DNA from: Camelus dromedarius
Lineage: Eukaryota
Direction of reading: 5' to 3'
DNA: 64,000 nucleotides
Assembly: GCF_036321535.1 (NCBI RefSeq)
Contig: NC_087437.1
Coordinates: 120,716,001 to 120,780,000, forward strand
Shown here: in pieces, positions 49,260 to 61,519 of the stretch
How positions within the stretch are numbered: the stretch's first letter is position 1
How the letters are laid out: each line of letters starts with the position of its first letter
Translations under genes and position numbers: made by a program
Notes under the pieces: model-generated
Told to the model about the DNA's origin: nothing
The model's input: only the letters and a program-made list of their open reading frames with translations
Databases searched by the model: none

Positions 49260-51020
49260 CGCTTTGGGGTTTACAGTCTGCGCTGTGACTCCCGGCTCCT
49301 TCCGTCAGTGCTGTTGGGCTGCTTGGCATGTGCTTTCATTTCCCTGCCTTGTGTGTGTTGTAGACCCCACATACATTGTTACTATTTTTGCTTTAAATAG
49401 TCAAGCTGTTTTAAAGAGAGCAAAGGTGAGGAAGGGTGTCTCTCTGCCTGCAGGGCAGCCGCTGCCAGCGCCTCCGGCCCGGCGTGTGGATCCCGCCCGT
49501 CAGCCGGTGCCGCGTCCTTCTCCCCGGAGGCCTTTCCCTTTCGCGCAGCGCGGGCCCGCTGGCGAGCAGCTCCTTCAGCTGTCACGTACTGAAGAAAGAA
49601 TTTTGCCTTCATTTTTGGAAAATATTTCCCTGATAGAGAATTCTAGTTTGAAGTTTAATTTTCCTTTCAGCACTTAAAGGATATTACTCAACTGTCTTTT
49701 GGTTTCTGTTGTTTCTGTTTGTTTGTTTCAGTATATTTTTATTAAAAATACGGCACGCTTCACGAGTCTGCGTGCCGGCCCCGCGCAGGGGCCGTGCCCG
49801 TCCTCTCTGCGTCGTTCCAGGGCGAGTGCACGTGCTGCCGGGGCGCGCACGCGTTTCTCTTGTCATCCATGAGGAGCCTTTGATGTTTGTCTCGTTACTT
49901 TGTACATAAATGTCTTTCCTTTAGTGGTTTAAGATTTTTTTTCTTTATCAGTGATTTTAAGCAGTTTGGTCGTGATATGCCTTGGTATAGGTTCCTTCAT
50001 GTTTCTTGTGCTTGGAGTTTTTTGGTTTTTAGGGTTTGTAATTTTGGTCAGATTGAGACTATTTTTGGTTATTATTTCTTCATATAGTTTTCCTGTTGCT
50101 TTCCTTCTGTGCTCTCCTTCGGGGACTCCAGTTACTTGTGTGTGAGGCCACGTGAAGCCCCAGCTCCCTGAGGCGCTGCTGCGGTTCCATCCATCTGTGT
50201 TGCACGTGGAGGATCTGTTTCTCCGCCTCCACGTGACCGGATCCTTTCTTCTGCAGTGTCTGGTCTGCTCTCAATCCCACCCGGTGTGTTTGTTCACGTT
50301 AGACATTATGATGTTCATCTCTAGGAGTTCCACATGAGTCTCTTTCTTCTTTTTAAAATGTCTTCCATGTCTGCTTACCATCAGGCTTTCTCTGCCTTTG
50401 TGAACACATGAAATATGGTTGCAGTAACTATTTTAATGGCTTTGTCTATTAACTCTATAATCTGTATCGTTACTGAGTCTATTTCTGTGATCAGTTTAAG
50501 ACTAATTATCCCTCACTTCCTGAGTTCTCTGCCCGATGCCCTGTGAATTAGGAGGTTTTCCCGGCTGGACTGTGGAAATAAGTACTGTTCCTGGCCCTGT
50601 GCTGGTGTCCAGTCCCGCCTGACGGCCTCTCCGAGGCTCTGTGCGGCTCCCACCCAGTGTGCCGACAAGGTCCCGGCCGGATTCCCCAGGGCTCTCTCTG
50701 TGCTGCTGGCTCCTCTCTGGTGCTCTGACCTGCGAGGCCGTCCGCCTTTGCCTCCCAGGACTCCTTGGCTCCTCCTCCTCCACGCAGGGAGTCCGCCAGG
50801 CTCGAGCTCAGTCTCCCGCCCTCTGTTGCGGTCTGTAAGCGCTCCGGGTGGTCAGCAGGGCCGCTCCAGGGCTCACCTTGCTTGTTTTCCTTTCTCAGGG
50901 GTCACTGTCCCGTGTTGCCTGATGTCCAGGTCTCAGAAACCCTTGGTTCATGTTTGTTTTGCTTGTTTCAGGTCGTTGTGTCGGTCTGGTCCTTGTCACT
51001 TCGTCTTGTCTGGAAGTGGT
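49260..51020 (-). mobile_element. Old L1M fragment (ORF1/inter-ORF region) with CpG-rich patches
   Basis: CCCCACATACATTGTTACTATTTTTGCTTTAAATAGTCAA, GCCTTCATTTTTGGAAAATATTT, GATTTTAAGCAGTTTGGTCGTGATATGCCTTGGT. Confidence 0.7.
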
Positions 51021-52845
51021 GGTCAGCATGTGCTCACTGATTTCTAGTTTCCGGTGTGTAAGCCGTTACTGTCATATATTTTAATGCTCAGATTATCCCA
51101 GATTTGGCTTCCATGTCCTTAGCCTCAGTGGCTCAGCTTGGGTTCCTCTTCTGCAGAGTTGCCGAGTCTCTTTAGTAACATTCCCCATTTGCTCACTGTC
51201 GTGAGCGATGGGCTAGATTTTGTACTGATTTTCCCCAGAACTTTGTGGAGCCCTGTCCTGCCTGCTGCTCAGCGAGCCCTCTCCTGAGAGTCCCTGCAAA
51301 CCGCCAAGCTGGTGTCCCCTTGGGGTGCAGCAGAAGAGCTGAGGGTGCAGGGGGGACTGGAGTTGGAGTCCAGGGAAGGGTGCCCGGAACCAGCCCCCGT
51401 GACAGCCTTGGAGCTTTTCCCAGCTCTTCACTGCACCTTGACTGGCTGCTCTTTGATTTTAAAGCTACCAGAGTCTGTGGCTGCTGGTCCCCTAGCCTTT
51501 TGGTTTCACTTTCCAGGTGGCATGCATCTGGGTCCATAGAGTTCTGCCAGAACACCGACATCGCAAAGTCTAGACCTCAGGTCCCGAGAACCGCCATTGT
51601 GTGGGAAACATGCAGTATATGAGCATTACTGTTGGATAGTAATTCACAGAAAATCAATTTTGCAGGGTGGTTTTCTTCTTAATTTTAAACCAGAAGGTCT
51701 TTTTCAGATTGTAGTTGTTTTAAATTTAAATTGAGGACATAGCAGTTTTTAAAACTTCTAAGTACTGCCTTTTAGAACTTTCCACTTGTCAATTAAATCA
51801 TAGGAGGGACTGGATATAGAATATGAAATTTAACTCATTCATGGATCAAAATCACATGAGTGTTATTTGAGAGAGACTAAAAATCCAGACAAAATACGGA
51901 CAGGATAATGAGGAATCTTTCTATTAAAAGTGGGAGAAGTAGATATTTAAGCAGTAGCTATGAATTATAGTTTCCAAAAGTTTGTAAGCGCCTTGTGCTG
52001 AAATGAGATAAGCATCTTGGTTTTAGGTTTTCACTCTGAGTCTGCTAGGTGGATTTGTGCAGCATTCATGACAGCTGTAAGCAGAGACAGACAGCAAGGA
52101 CCACTTCTGTTCCCCTGCTTCCCCGGAAGAGCGCTGAGGCTGGACTCGGCTTTAGTGAAAGCAGGGTGCTCTCGTTGGCAGGCGGAGCGTTTGGGACTTG
52201 GAGTCAGAAGCCACATTCATTTCTGGGACCAGGCTGGCTCCCCTATGGATCCATATGAATGAGAACCACTTTCAGAGCCCTAGATGGTCCTCTTTCCTCG
52301 GGTTCGCCGCTGAAGCGGCCTTGCCTTGACACGGCCTGCGAGTGGCATGGAGGTCGGCTTGGTTCTGGGGCCCCCAGAGAGCCGAGGGGCTGCGAGGGAA
52401 ACCATGGTGAGACCGGCCTGGGCTTTTTGCGAGTGGCCGCAGCCCTGGGCGGGCAGCGAGCCTGCAGCAGGAGAAGCCGCTCGCCGCTCCGTCGCGGTGG
52501 GGCCGGGGGCTGGGTGGGACCCCGCAGCGCTTGGGTGCGGGGCCTCTGCCGTACACATCTGGGTTTCCAGGTCCCAGCTCACTAAGCAGATCCTGTGGCT
52601 GCGGGCAGCTTGCTCAGCCCTCTGACTCCGCCTCTTCCCTGTATGTTGGGGGAGCCTCCCTCAGAGCCACTGGTCCACGGGCTGGTGCGGAGCCAGCCTG
52701 AAGCGCCGGCAGCAGCACCGCGCTGGTCCCGTCCCGAAGTGGTCAAGTGCGGTTGCTGCTCTATTCTTTGTTATTGGACACGTCTTGCCAGATAAACTAA
52801 AGAGTATTAATTAGCCTGCTTTCACGGTGACTTGTTTATTTTCAG

Positions 52846-53042
52846 GATACTGAAGTGTATAAAGCTACAGTAAAAGACGACCTTACAAAGTGGCAAAATG
52901 TTCTGAAATCTCATAGCTCGGTGGACTGGTTAATAGTAGTAGTTGAAAATGACGCCAAGAAAAAAAACAAAACCAACATCCTTCCTCGAACTTCTATTGT
53001 GGACAAAATAAGGAATGACTTTTGTAATAAACAGAGTGACAG
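52846..53042 (+). CDS. TRAPPC10: TRAPPC10 coding exon 4 (DTEVYKATVKDDLTKWQNVLK...DFCNKQSDR)
   Basis: Acceptor tattttcAG, donor GTAAGT at 53043; 197 nt; overlaps ORF 52855..53046. Confidence 0.97.
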
Positions 53043-56000
53043 GTAAGTGTATCTTTTATTTTTCCTCATTGGGCTGATACCTGGATGTGCAGTTTACTGG
53101 CTCCCGAGTAGGAATAAATACGAACGCTGTGTGCGCCTGTTGTGTGCCTGACACCTGGGCATGTGGTGTGTGCTAAAGGGAGGACCACATCCCTCTCCCC
53201 GCGGAGTTCCTGGGCTGCTGGCAAGAACATGCAGGGGCTGCCTGGGACGAGAGGCCCCACACCCGCAACCGTGGGAGCGAACACAGGGCCCTTCTGAAGA
53301 CGGGGAATGGGTGTCAGCGCAGGAGGGTTTTGAGCAGTCTGTGGCCCTTGTGTGCAGTGGGGGTCTCTAAACAATTCTTGGTTAGGGGACCCTGTGTTTT
53401 ATTTGTTTACCTAAACACCTAGTAGGATTCCTGAAGCAGATGTTGTAAGATGCTGACTTAATCTCCTTCAGATCAAGGTTAAGATTAAAAGGGAATCTGA
53501 AAGGCTGCTCTGGAGCGTGGACTTACCTTCCCCTCTTGCTTTTTCCCTTCTGGGCCTTGTTCCCTCCTGTGGGCATTGCCGTACCTTGCTGTTCAGTGAT
53601 GCCGCTCCAGCTGTGCTGGCCAGCGTGTTTCTTAACACCGTGCCCATTTTAGTCTGTATCTCGTAGTTTCGCACTTTCGCTCCCCCAGGTCCGGGGGTGC
53701 AGTGGTGAGCCTCATCCCTGCGCTGGAGCTGCGGGGTCAAGCGGCGGAGACGGGTGTTACTTCACACCCCCATCATCGCACTTGGGGTTGTCACGGTGGC
53801 AAATGCTCAGACGGAAGGTTCCAGAGTGTGGCAGGAGCCTGGAGCAGGGGTCTGGCCTGCTCTGAGGGCTGCTGGAGCTGCCCTGAGAAAGCAGTGCTGA
53901 GGCTAAGAAGTAAGGGTGCAGAAGGAGGTGAGGGAAGACGTCCGGGGTGCGTGTGGCCGGGAGCACCAAGCAGAGGCCGCCGCGTGGCTGACTTACCTGC
54001 GGGCTGCGTCCGCGGCGGGGCCACCCCGTGAGTCCACAGCTCTTCAGGGAAGCAGCCACATGTGGGCTTCCTCTTTCTGTCCCACATGATCCTGGCCACG
54101 TAGCAGTGTCCTGACTTGGCTTTGTCTAAAGTTTGAGTCAAATATTAGTTTGTTGAGCTTACGGTTTATCTGAGGGAAATTTCATGCCATTGGGACTTGT
54201 GGGAAGTTTTTCCTAAAATCTGGTGTTCATAAATTAGTTATCTCAAAGGAACCAACTTAACATTCTAACAAGAAGCCCCACAGCTGAGTGTCCTTGCCGC
54301 CCTGTGCCCCCGCACACTGACGTTTCTGTTCTGGGGGAAGCGAGAGCGGACGCTGTGGGCCGGAGTGGAGGGAGGGGAGCCGGCCACCCGGCCTCCCCGC
54401 GCTCGGGGCACTGCAGAGGAACCGCGTGTTTGGGGGCTTCACTCAGTAAATAGATAGGCACTAGCGCGGTGTATTCGTCTAAACTTGTGAAAGGTTCATA
54501 TTCTGTAGTAAGTTTTTCAGAGTGCTTGTGGGTTACTTTTGTCTGTGTTACAATTTTTATCTCATTGCCAAAAGTATGTTTCTGCTGGCCCATTTAAAAC
54601 TAACTTTAGTGATGCTTCTTTATATTTTAACTTAGAAAAATTTTTAATATTTCATCTTAAGTATTTAAAAATACCTTCTAACATTTTGATTTTCATTAAT
54701 CTCCTAAGCTACCTTTGACAAATCTGTGTTCTTTTTTTGTCAAATCTGTGTTCTTAAGGTATAGATTTCACTTAATAGAAAATTTTTTCTTTGAACAATA
54801 AATGCATTTCTACACCATTATTGTTAGTATATACTATTCTACAATATTAATGCACTGTAAGTTATTTATATAATCCTCTGCTGGAATTAGAAGTTATTGC
54901 TTACTTACTATTATAAACAACATTATAAACCTCTTTCTAGCTCAGAACTTAATTTACATCTTTAATTATTTCCTTAGGCTAAGTCCCTAAAAGGAAAAGT
55001 ACTTGGTAAGAGTTTTGTGCACTTTTGAGCTTTCGGGGTGCTGAGACGGGGGCTGTGTCGGGGGCTGTGTGCTGATGGTCCGCGCTCCGGGGGCGGCAGG
55101 TCCCAGCCCGTGGCTCCCCGCCACGCAGCACTGTGCTCGTCTCCTCATGGGCCCCCGCCGCCCTGCTTTGAGCTGTTTTGGGTTCTCCCTTTACGAGTTA
55201 ACTGTCTAGGCATGATGTGAGTTTCTGAAGCTTAGCTGTTTTTTTTTTTTTTATTAATAAAAGAAGAGGATCTAGAAACGGTAAACGCTGAAGGGCAGAA
55301 TAAGGGATAGAGAGTGTAATGAATATATTGTCTGATTGGTAAGTACCGGTCACTGAAAAAAATGCTGTTTTTGTGTTTAGTGTTTGTGTCAGTTCCCGTT
55401 TTCACCCTCCCCTGTAGGTTCAGGGGTGCAGGGTCTGTGTCTGGTCCAGAATAAATGTTGATGATTGCAGCCCTTGAGAATGCCTTAGGGGCAGACTACT
55501 GAGCTGATGGTTCTGGCAGCTCCCGTAGTGAGTAATACGCATTAGCCCTTTGGCGGGGAGCTTGGGAGTGAGCTGGCTGGACCCCCTCATCTTTAGGGGA
55601 AGAAGCAGTGTCTGGTGGGGTGGAGTGACTGGAATTAAAGCCAGCTACCGGTTTTTGCATTTTCCTCTTGGTACTGATTATTCATTCACCTGGTGGATTG
55701 TCCAGAGTATGGGCCATCTCACCCTTTTTCTCCACTGATTTATAATTGCATAGACTTAGTCCTTCCTCCGGGAGGTATGACGGGGCTCAGAGAAGATGAA
55801 ACTTAGAAACCTGTCGTTCTGCTACTTGCTGGTAGTTCGTGTGAGATATTCACGGAGGAGAAGTGTTAAAACTCCCAGCATCAACATTTGAAAAGCATTT
55901 CTGAGCTCAGGTTTATCCGTCTTCTTTCTAGAAAGAAAGGCACCTTTTCCAGCCTGCTGGATGAACATGCTGTCTTTTCCAGCTCTGCTGGAAGCACTTG

Positions 56001-56824
56001 TGCTTTTATGTCTTTGTTGTCTTCACACCGTGATACGGAGTCTTTTCATGGTGAAGGTTTATTATACCTGCAACTTAAGCCACATTCTTCTGGGCCTTTG
56101 TTTTTAATGATTTATTAGCCGTGCTTTGAGGAGCTCACGGTCTGGTGGGAGAAGCAGACCAAGAAGGAGAGAAACCAAGCGCAGCGGGAGTGTGAGCCCA
56201 GCGGGGCCGTGCGGGCCGGCAGCTCGGGGAGCGCGGCTGCCCAGAGGGCCGGTGGCCTGTCGGCCGAGCAGGGTGTTGCAGGGCGGGGGGGGGGGGGCCG
56301 CTTTCTCTAGGTGGAAGGAGGTGGGAGCACCAGGCGCTCCGCGGGCTTGAGTCGGGGGCGGTCGGGATCACAGTGAGACAGCCAGACCGGTCCACGTGGT
56401 CAGGGTCCTTGTGCGCCGCGTTGAAAGATCTAAATTTCAGTCTGTCCGTTACAAGGAACCAGAAGAGGTTTTTGAGGAGGGCAGGGCGAATGGGGTTTGG
56501 GAACTGAGTGTGACATGATCACCGTATGTTACAGAGAGCCCTGGAGGCAGGGTCTGACACTCAAGACGCATCAGAAGCCCCTCCCCCTTTCCAGTCCGTT
56601 CTTCAGCAGCTCTCAGGAGCAGCACCCACTGCTCACGTGGTATTAGACCAGTTTATGATAAGCCTTTTCCTGATCTGATTCCTCACCCCCTGCCTGATGT
56701 GTTTCACCAGTTGGAGGGAGGAAGGGGAAGAAGGAGGTCAGTTTGCACCCCAGGAAGGCGGCGGCAGCTGGGCAGTGGTGCTGAGCTCGGGCGTCTCCCA
56801 CAGAGTCCGCTCATGTCTCCGCAG

Positions 56825-57020
56825 GTGTGTTGTGCTCTCCGACCCCTTGAAGGACTCCTCCCGAACTCAGGAATCCTGGAATGCCTTCCTGACCAAACTC
56901 AGGACATTGCTTCTTATGTCTTTTACCAAGAACCTGGGCAAGTTTGAGGATGACATGAGAACCTTGAGGGAGAAGAGGACTGAGCCTGGCTGGAGCTTCT
57001 GTGAATACTTCATGGTTCAG
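56825..57020 (+). CDS. TRAPPC10: TRAPPC10 coding exon 5 (CVVLSDPLKDSSRTQESW...CEYFMVQ)
   Basis: Acceptor tctccgcAG, donor GTATGT at 57021; 196 nt; cumulative 678 nt = 226 codons. Confidence 0.97.
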
Positions 57021-58805
57021 GTATGTGATGAGCCACCAGACTCTGCCGTTTTCTCCTCCTCTCCCTCCCTCTCTCATTCTTTAGGAATAAGGAGCTCTCT
57101 TATGGTAATTCAAACTGACGCAGTTTTAGAACCAAAAGACAGTAAACTGGCTAACAGATGATGCTTCGTTCTCTCGGCTTAAAGCAGAGGGTCTGAGGCC
57201 ATCTCCTAAGTGATGATGTTGTCAGCTGCCCGGCCGCTTCAGAGCTTGGCATCTAGCCTTCTGTGAAACGGCCTCGTCCTCAGAGGATTTCTGGTTCTGC
57301 TCAGGTCTTGGGCCTCTGGGCTGTCTACCCCGGACATGACTTGGGCGGAGGGGCCCCAGCAGTGGTGATGGCCCTGATGGTAAAGACATCTGCCCCCGGC
57401 CCAGCACCGTGGTTAGGTGATGAATTCTCAGGAATACTTCCTCTGTGGCTTCGTTTCATAACCTTGGGTTCCAATAAAAGATTGCTGTAAGCTCGGTTCT
57501 TCACTCTAGTTTACAGAGATGCTTAGTTTTTAAAAATGGTGGTCAATGATCAGACTTTTTCTTTTTAAGAAGAAAAGTCTTAAGTAAATGAAGGGATGTG
57601 TAATAGTGTAGTTTGGGGAGAAGACCCTGCTAACATGGCACAGGGTGGTAAGAACGTCTCTCTTGGGGACCAGAGTATGTTCACCATATTTTGACTGAAA
57701 AGCATAAGTTTCCTATTTTAGCATCACTTGTATATTAATTACTGAAGAAATAATGTGCTTTGAATAAATAGAAGACCAGTTCTCGTTAGAAATTTTGAAC
57801 TTTATCTCTTACTCTGCCGCTTCTGTCTTGGTGTTTGGATGAGCTTGGCCTCGTAAGGGGATTTGAGCGTGCTCACCGTTCTCTGTGTGGCTGACCCGTG
57901 ACAGCTCTTTCAGGTTGCCCTGTCCCTTAAACTCGTTTCTAAGAGTGACAAACAAGGAAAGAGGGAGTCTAAATGAACCCAGTGGTGTTGGATTGGAATC
58001 TGAGGTCTCAGTGTGAACCCCTGGGTGGATGGATGACGGATGGATAGATTCAGAAATACAGACGTTTGGGTAAATGAGGGTTAGTACATATCCATACGTT
58101 TCTTCCAGGACAAATGGCAGCTCAGTAGCAGTGAGTTAGTGCCAAGACCGCGGTTTCTACACTGCACTCTCCAGCACAAGGTGCCGGGGCTCCTCGTGGA
58201 GGGTTAGATCCCAGGGCTGGTGCAGGGGAAACACAGTGTCTTGTAGGACTAGAAAGTAAGAAAGCGTACAAGAAGAAACGGTTTGTCAAGAGAACGGACG
58301 CACCGCCTAGAGGAGCCTCCTGATCAGGCCGAAGCTGGAACAGCTTGCGCGACAAAGTAAATAATGCTAGAATTGGGCTGTAACCCATGGGGCGAGGTTA
58401 ATACCCACAGGCTTACACAGAGACAGGTAAACAGTTTAAATAAGTAAATGGAGGTTGAGCCCAGCCCTTCCGTGGGGAAGAATTCCATTTAAGAAGTGCG
58501 TGTCTGGGGAGGCAGGGGGACCTGCAGGGACGAGAGGCTGATGGTCACGCCCCCTGCTGCTGACAGGCCAGGGCGGAGTGTCCAGGAATCACTGGGCCTC
58601 CTCCCTCTCTCTGGTCCCCTCTCCCTGTGCGCACAAAGGTTGACAGGAGCGGTCACTAAGTTGACTTTGACTTCACACAGCGCAAGTATCGCTCATTGCT
58701 GCGTGCTTTTCTGTGTTTTAATCTTTCATAGCTATGTGTTTCAGCACATTCATTTATGTTTTTGCTTTTTTTTTTTTTTTTTTTGGACTTTTTTTGGGTG
58801 AACAG

Positions 58806-58917
58806 GAGGAACTTGCCTTTGTTTTTGAGATGCTGCAGCAGTTTGAAGACGCCCTGGTGCAGTACGATGAGCTGGACGCCCTGTTTTCTCAGTATGTTGT
58901 CAACTTTGGTGCTGGGG
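58806..58917 (+). CDS. TRAPPC10: TRAPPC10 coding exon 6 (EELAFVFEMLQQFEDALVQYDELDALFSQYVVNFGAG)
   Basis: Acceptor gaacAG after a long T tract, donor GTGAGT at 58918; 112 nt. Confidence 0.97.
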
Positions 58918-61271
58918 GTGAGTAGCAGAGCTCTAGAAACAGCCCCTCCCTCCGCACAGGCTCCCCGCTCCTCAGGGCCGGGGGCCGCCGCTTAGTCACC
59001 CAGCGATGGGCCGTCCTTTGTTGTTTTTGCATGGATTATGCAGGCTATATTCCTATGGTTCCTATGGGAAATGAAATGAGAATTGAGAGCTAACGTTGTT
59101 TTTAGATAGAAAGTGTCATTTCTGCAGCTCACAGCTGGCTGGTGATGCTTCTGATTCTGTGCCTCCTTGGGGGCATAGGAGTGGAATCTTCTGTTGAGAG
59201 GCTGTCTTTGTAATATTTGAGTGGTCGTTGCAGTGAGTCTTACGTGACAATGTTGTGAAGGGCGCTCATCTTTTAAACTTTTAAATGATGTCTTAAGTCT
59301 TCTACAAATACGACATTAGCACAGTGGCAGAGGAAGAAGCTTCTCATTGTGCTCACTGCTTTCTGCTTGACGCTGCTTTTGAGAGAAGTGGCACCACACC
59401 GCGACGCCCGCGGCCTGTAGCTGTCCTCGTCAGCCGTCCGCCCGCGGCGCCTCTTCAGGCTGACGGGTCAGGGTCGGAGCCACTGCTGACGGCAGCCGCG
59501 TAGCACTTCACAGCGCGGGTTCGTTAGCTGTGTTCAGCCACCCCTGGTGTTGGACATTTGGGTTGTTTCCACTCTTGCTACCACAGGCAGTGCTGTGAGA
59601 GGTGTCTTAGTTGGGGGTCCTTTTTGAGAGCCCTTGTCACAGTGTCTGAAGAAAGGAGTGATGCTGGGAGACCGGTAGGGACGTGCAGTGCTGGGGCAGT
59701 TACATGAGCCGTGGGCACCGTCCTTGTCCTGGAGTGGTGAGGTGTCCCCAGCTGAGCCCCACTCCCTGACAGGTCCATGCAGTTCAGGTTGGGACCTCCT
59801 GCTCTGCTAAGACACACATACAGACGTGTGCCCGGAGCAAAGGGTTTACCGATCAGGTTTAAAACATTTAGAAGCGGTAAAATGACAAATCTTGCCTTTT
59901 ACCAGCTCACATTATACATCCATGTCTCAGATAGCTTGTATAGTTGTTACATTGTCTTTCACACAATTTCTTTGTTCTCTCAGTTTTAAAATAAATCTGG
60001 GGCAATTTAAAATTCAAAAGTAAGCCTGGACCAACTTTTGCAGCTAAATGGTAAGATTGCTCGTTTTTGTTCGTCACACAGCAGATACTTCCTGAGAGGC
60101 CAAGGTGTGCCAGGTACTGCTCTAAATACAGTAGGAACAGAGCAGAATTCCTTCTTCCGTGGAGTTTACATGAAGGGGAGGCAGGCACAGAAAGTCAGTA
60201 TGTGGCTTAAAGTCCAGTGGTGAGGATCTGAGTGCAGGCTGCAGGAGAGGACACGGTGCTGGGGAGAGACGGTTGGTCCGGGAGGTAACGTTGGCACCGA
60301 GGCCTGACCGAGGTGTAGGAGTGAGCCAGGAGGGTGCTGGGATGGGGGGGTCCCCGACCAAGGGACCTGCTGGGGTAGGGGCTGATGGGTGGGGCAGACC
60401 CCTCTGTCAGGGCACTGCAGCAGCTCTGAGTTCAGATCAGTGAAGGGTGCTGGTGCAGCCGGCATGTCAGATGCCCCCTGACATCCCGCTGACTGCACTG
60501 CGTGCGCCAGCACTGAGCCACGTCCTGGTGTGAACATAGAGTGAGATGGTTATGACTCCTCTCCCAGAGTAAGAAAAACAGGTTAAACTGTTTTCATGAA
60601 GATTGAATGACTTGTTATCGTAGCTTCTCTTGTTTAAGATCACATTTAAGCCTTAGGGCTATCAGTTAAAATCGGGGGGCCTTGCTGGAAATTTCTGACA
60701 GTTGAGAATTTTCCCCCTCTGCTTCCCGCTGCTATGTCTTCCTTGTGCCTCCTGTCCCTTCCTCGAGGGGCATGACTCAGGTAGTGGACATGGTTGGAGA
60801 CAGACATTTAAGGAAGTAAGGAGAAGTGTGAGGTGAAGGAAGATAAGACAGACCAGCACAGTCACATGGCCAGGCCGCTCCCCAGCTCCCGCCTGGGCCT
60901 CATGCCTTCTCTTGGAGCTGACTGACCCCAGAGCCTGAGCTGTCCCTGACCCTTGGCCCAGCCATCTCTGATTGCACCTTGACCTGACCATGGCCTCCTG
61001 GGCCCAGTACAACGTTGTGCCTTGTGGCCTCCGTCCCGTTCCCCTGTGCTCATCACCAAATGCCAGGTCCTGAGCGGGTGTCCTTGTGGTAACCACCCTG
61101 TCCCCACATCACTGGTCCGGGTCCCCAAAAACTGGAGGGGTGGGCCGGCGCCCAGGGACCAACCAGCCTCTAAGCTGCCCGTCAGTCCCTGGGGGCCACA
61201 GTCCTGCGCAGGAATCTCAGTGAGGTGGACGGATCTGCAGTCAGCGCCTTTCATGCTGTGTGTTTGTTTAG

Positions 61272-61519
61272 ATGGTGCCAACTGGCTGACTTTTTTCTGC
61301 CAGCCGGTGAAGAGCTGGAATGGACTGATCCTCCGAAAGCCCATAGATATGGAGAAGCGCGAATTGATACAGAGGCAAGAAGCCACCCTGTTAGATCTGC
61401 GCAGTTACCTGTTCTCTCGCCAGTGCACCCTGCTCCTCTTCCTGCAGAGGCCGTGGGAGGTGGCTCAGCGCGCCCTCGAGCTGCTGCACAGCTGTGTGCA
61501 GGAGCTGGAGCTCTTGGAC
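61272..61519 (+). CDS. TRAPPC10: TRAPPC10 coding exon 7 (DGANWLTFFCQPVKSWNG...CVQELELLD); gene continues beyond window
   Basis: Acceptor tttgtttAG, donor GTGAGT at 61520; 248 nt; cumulative 1038 nt = 346 codons with no stop. Confidence 0.97.
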
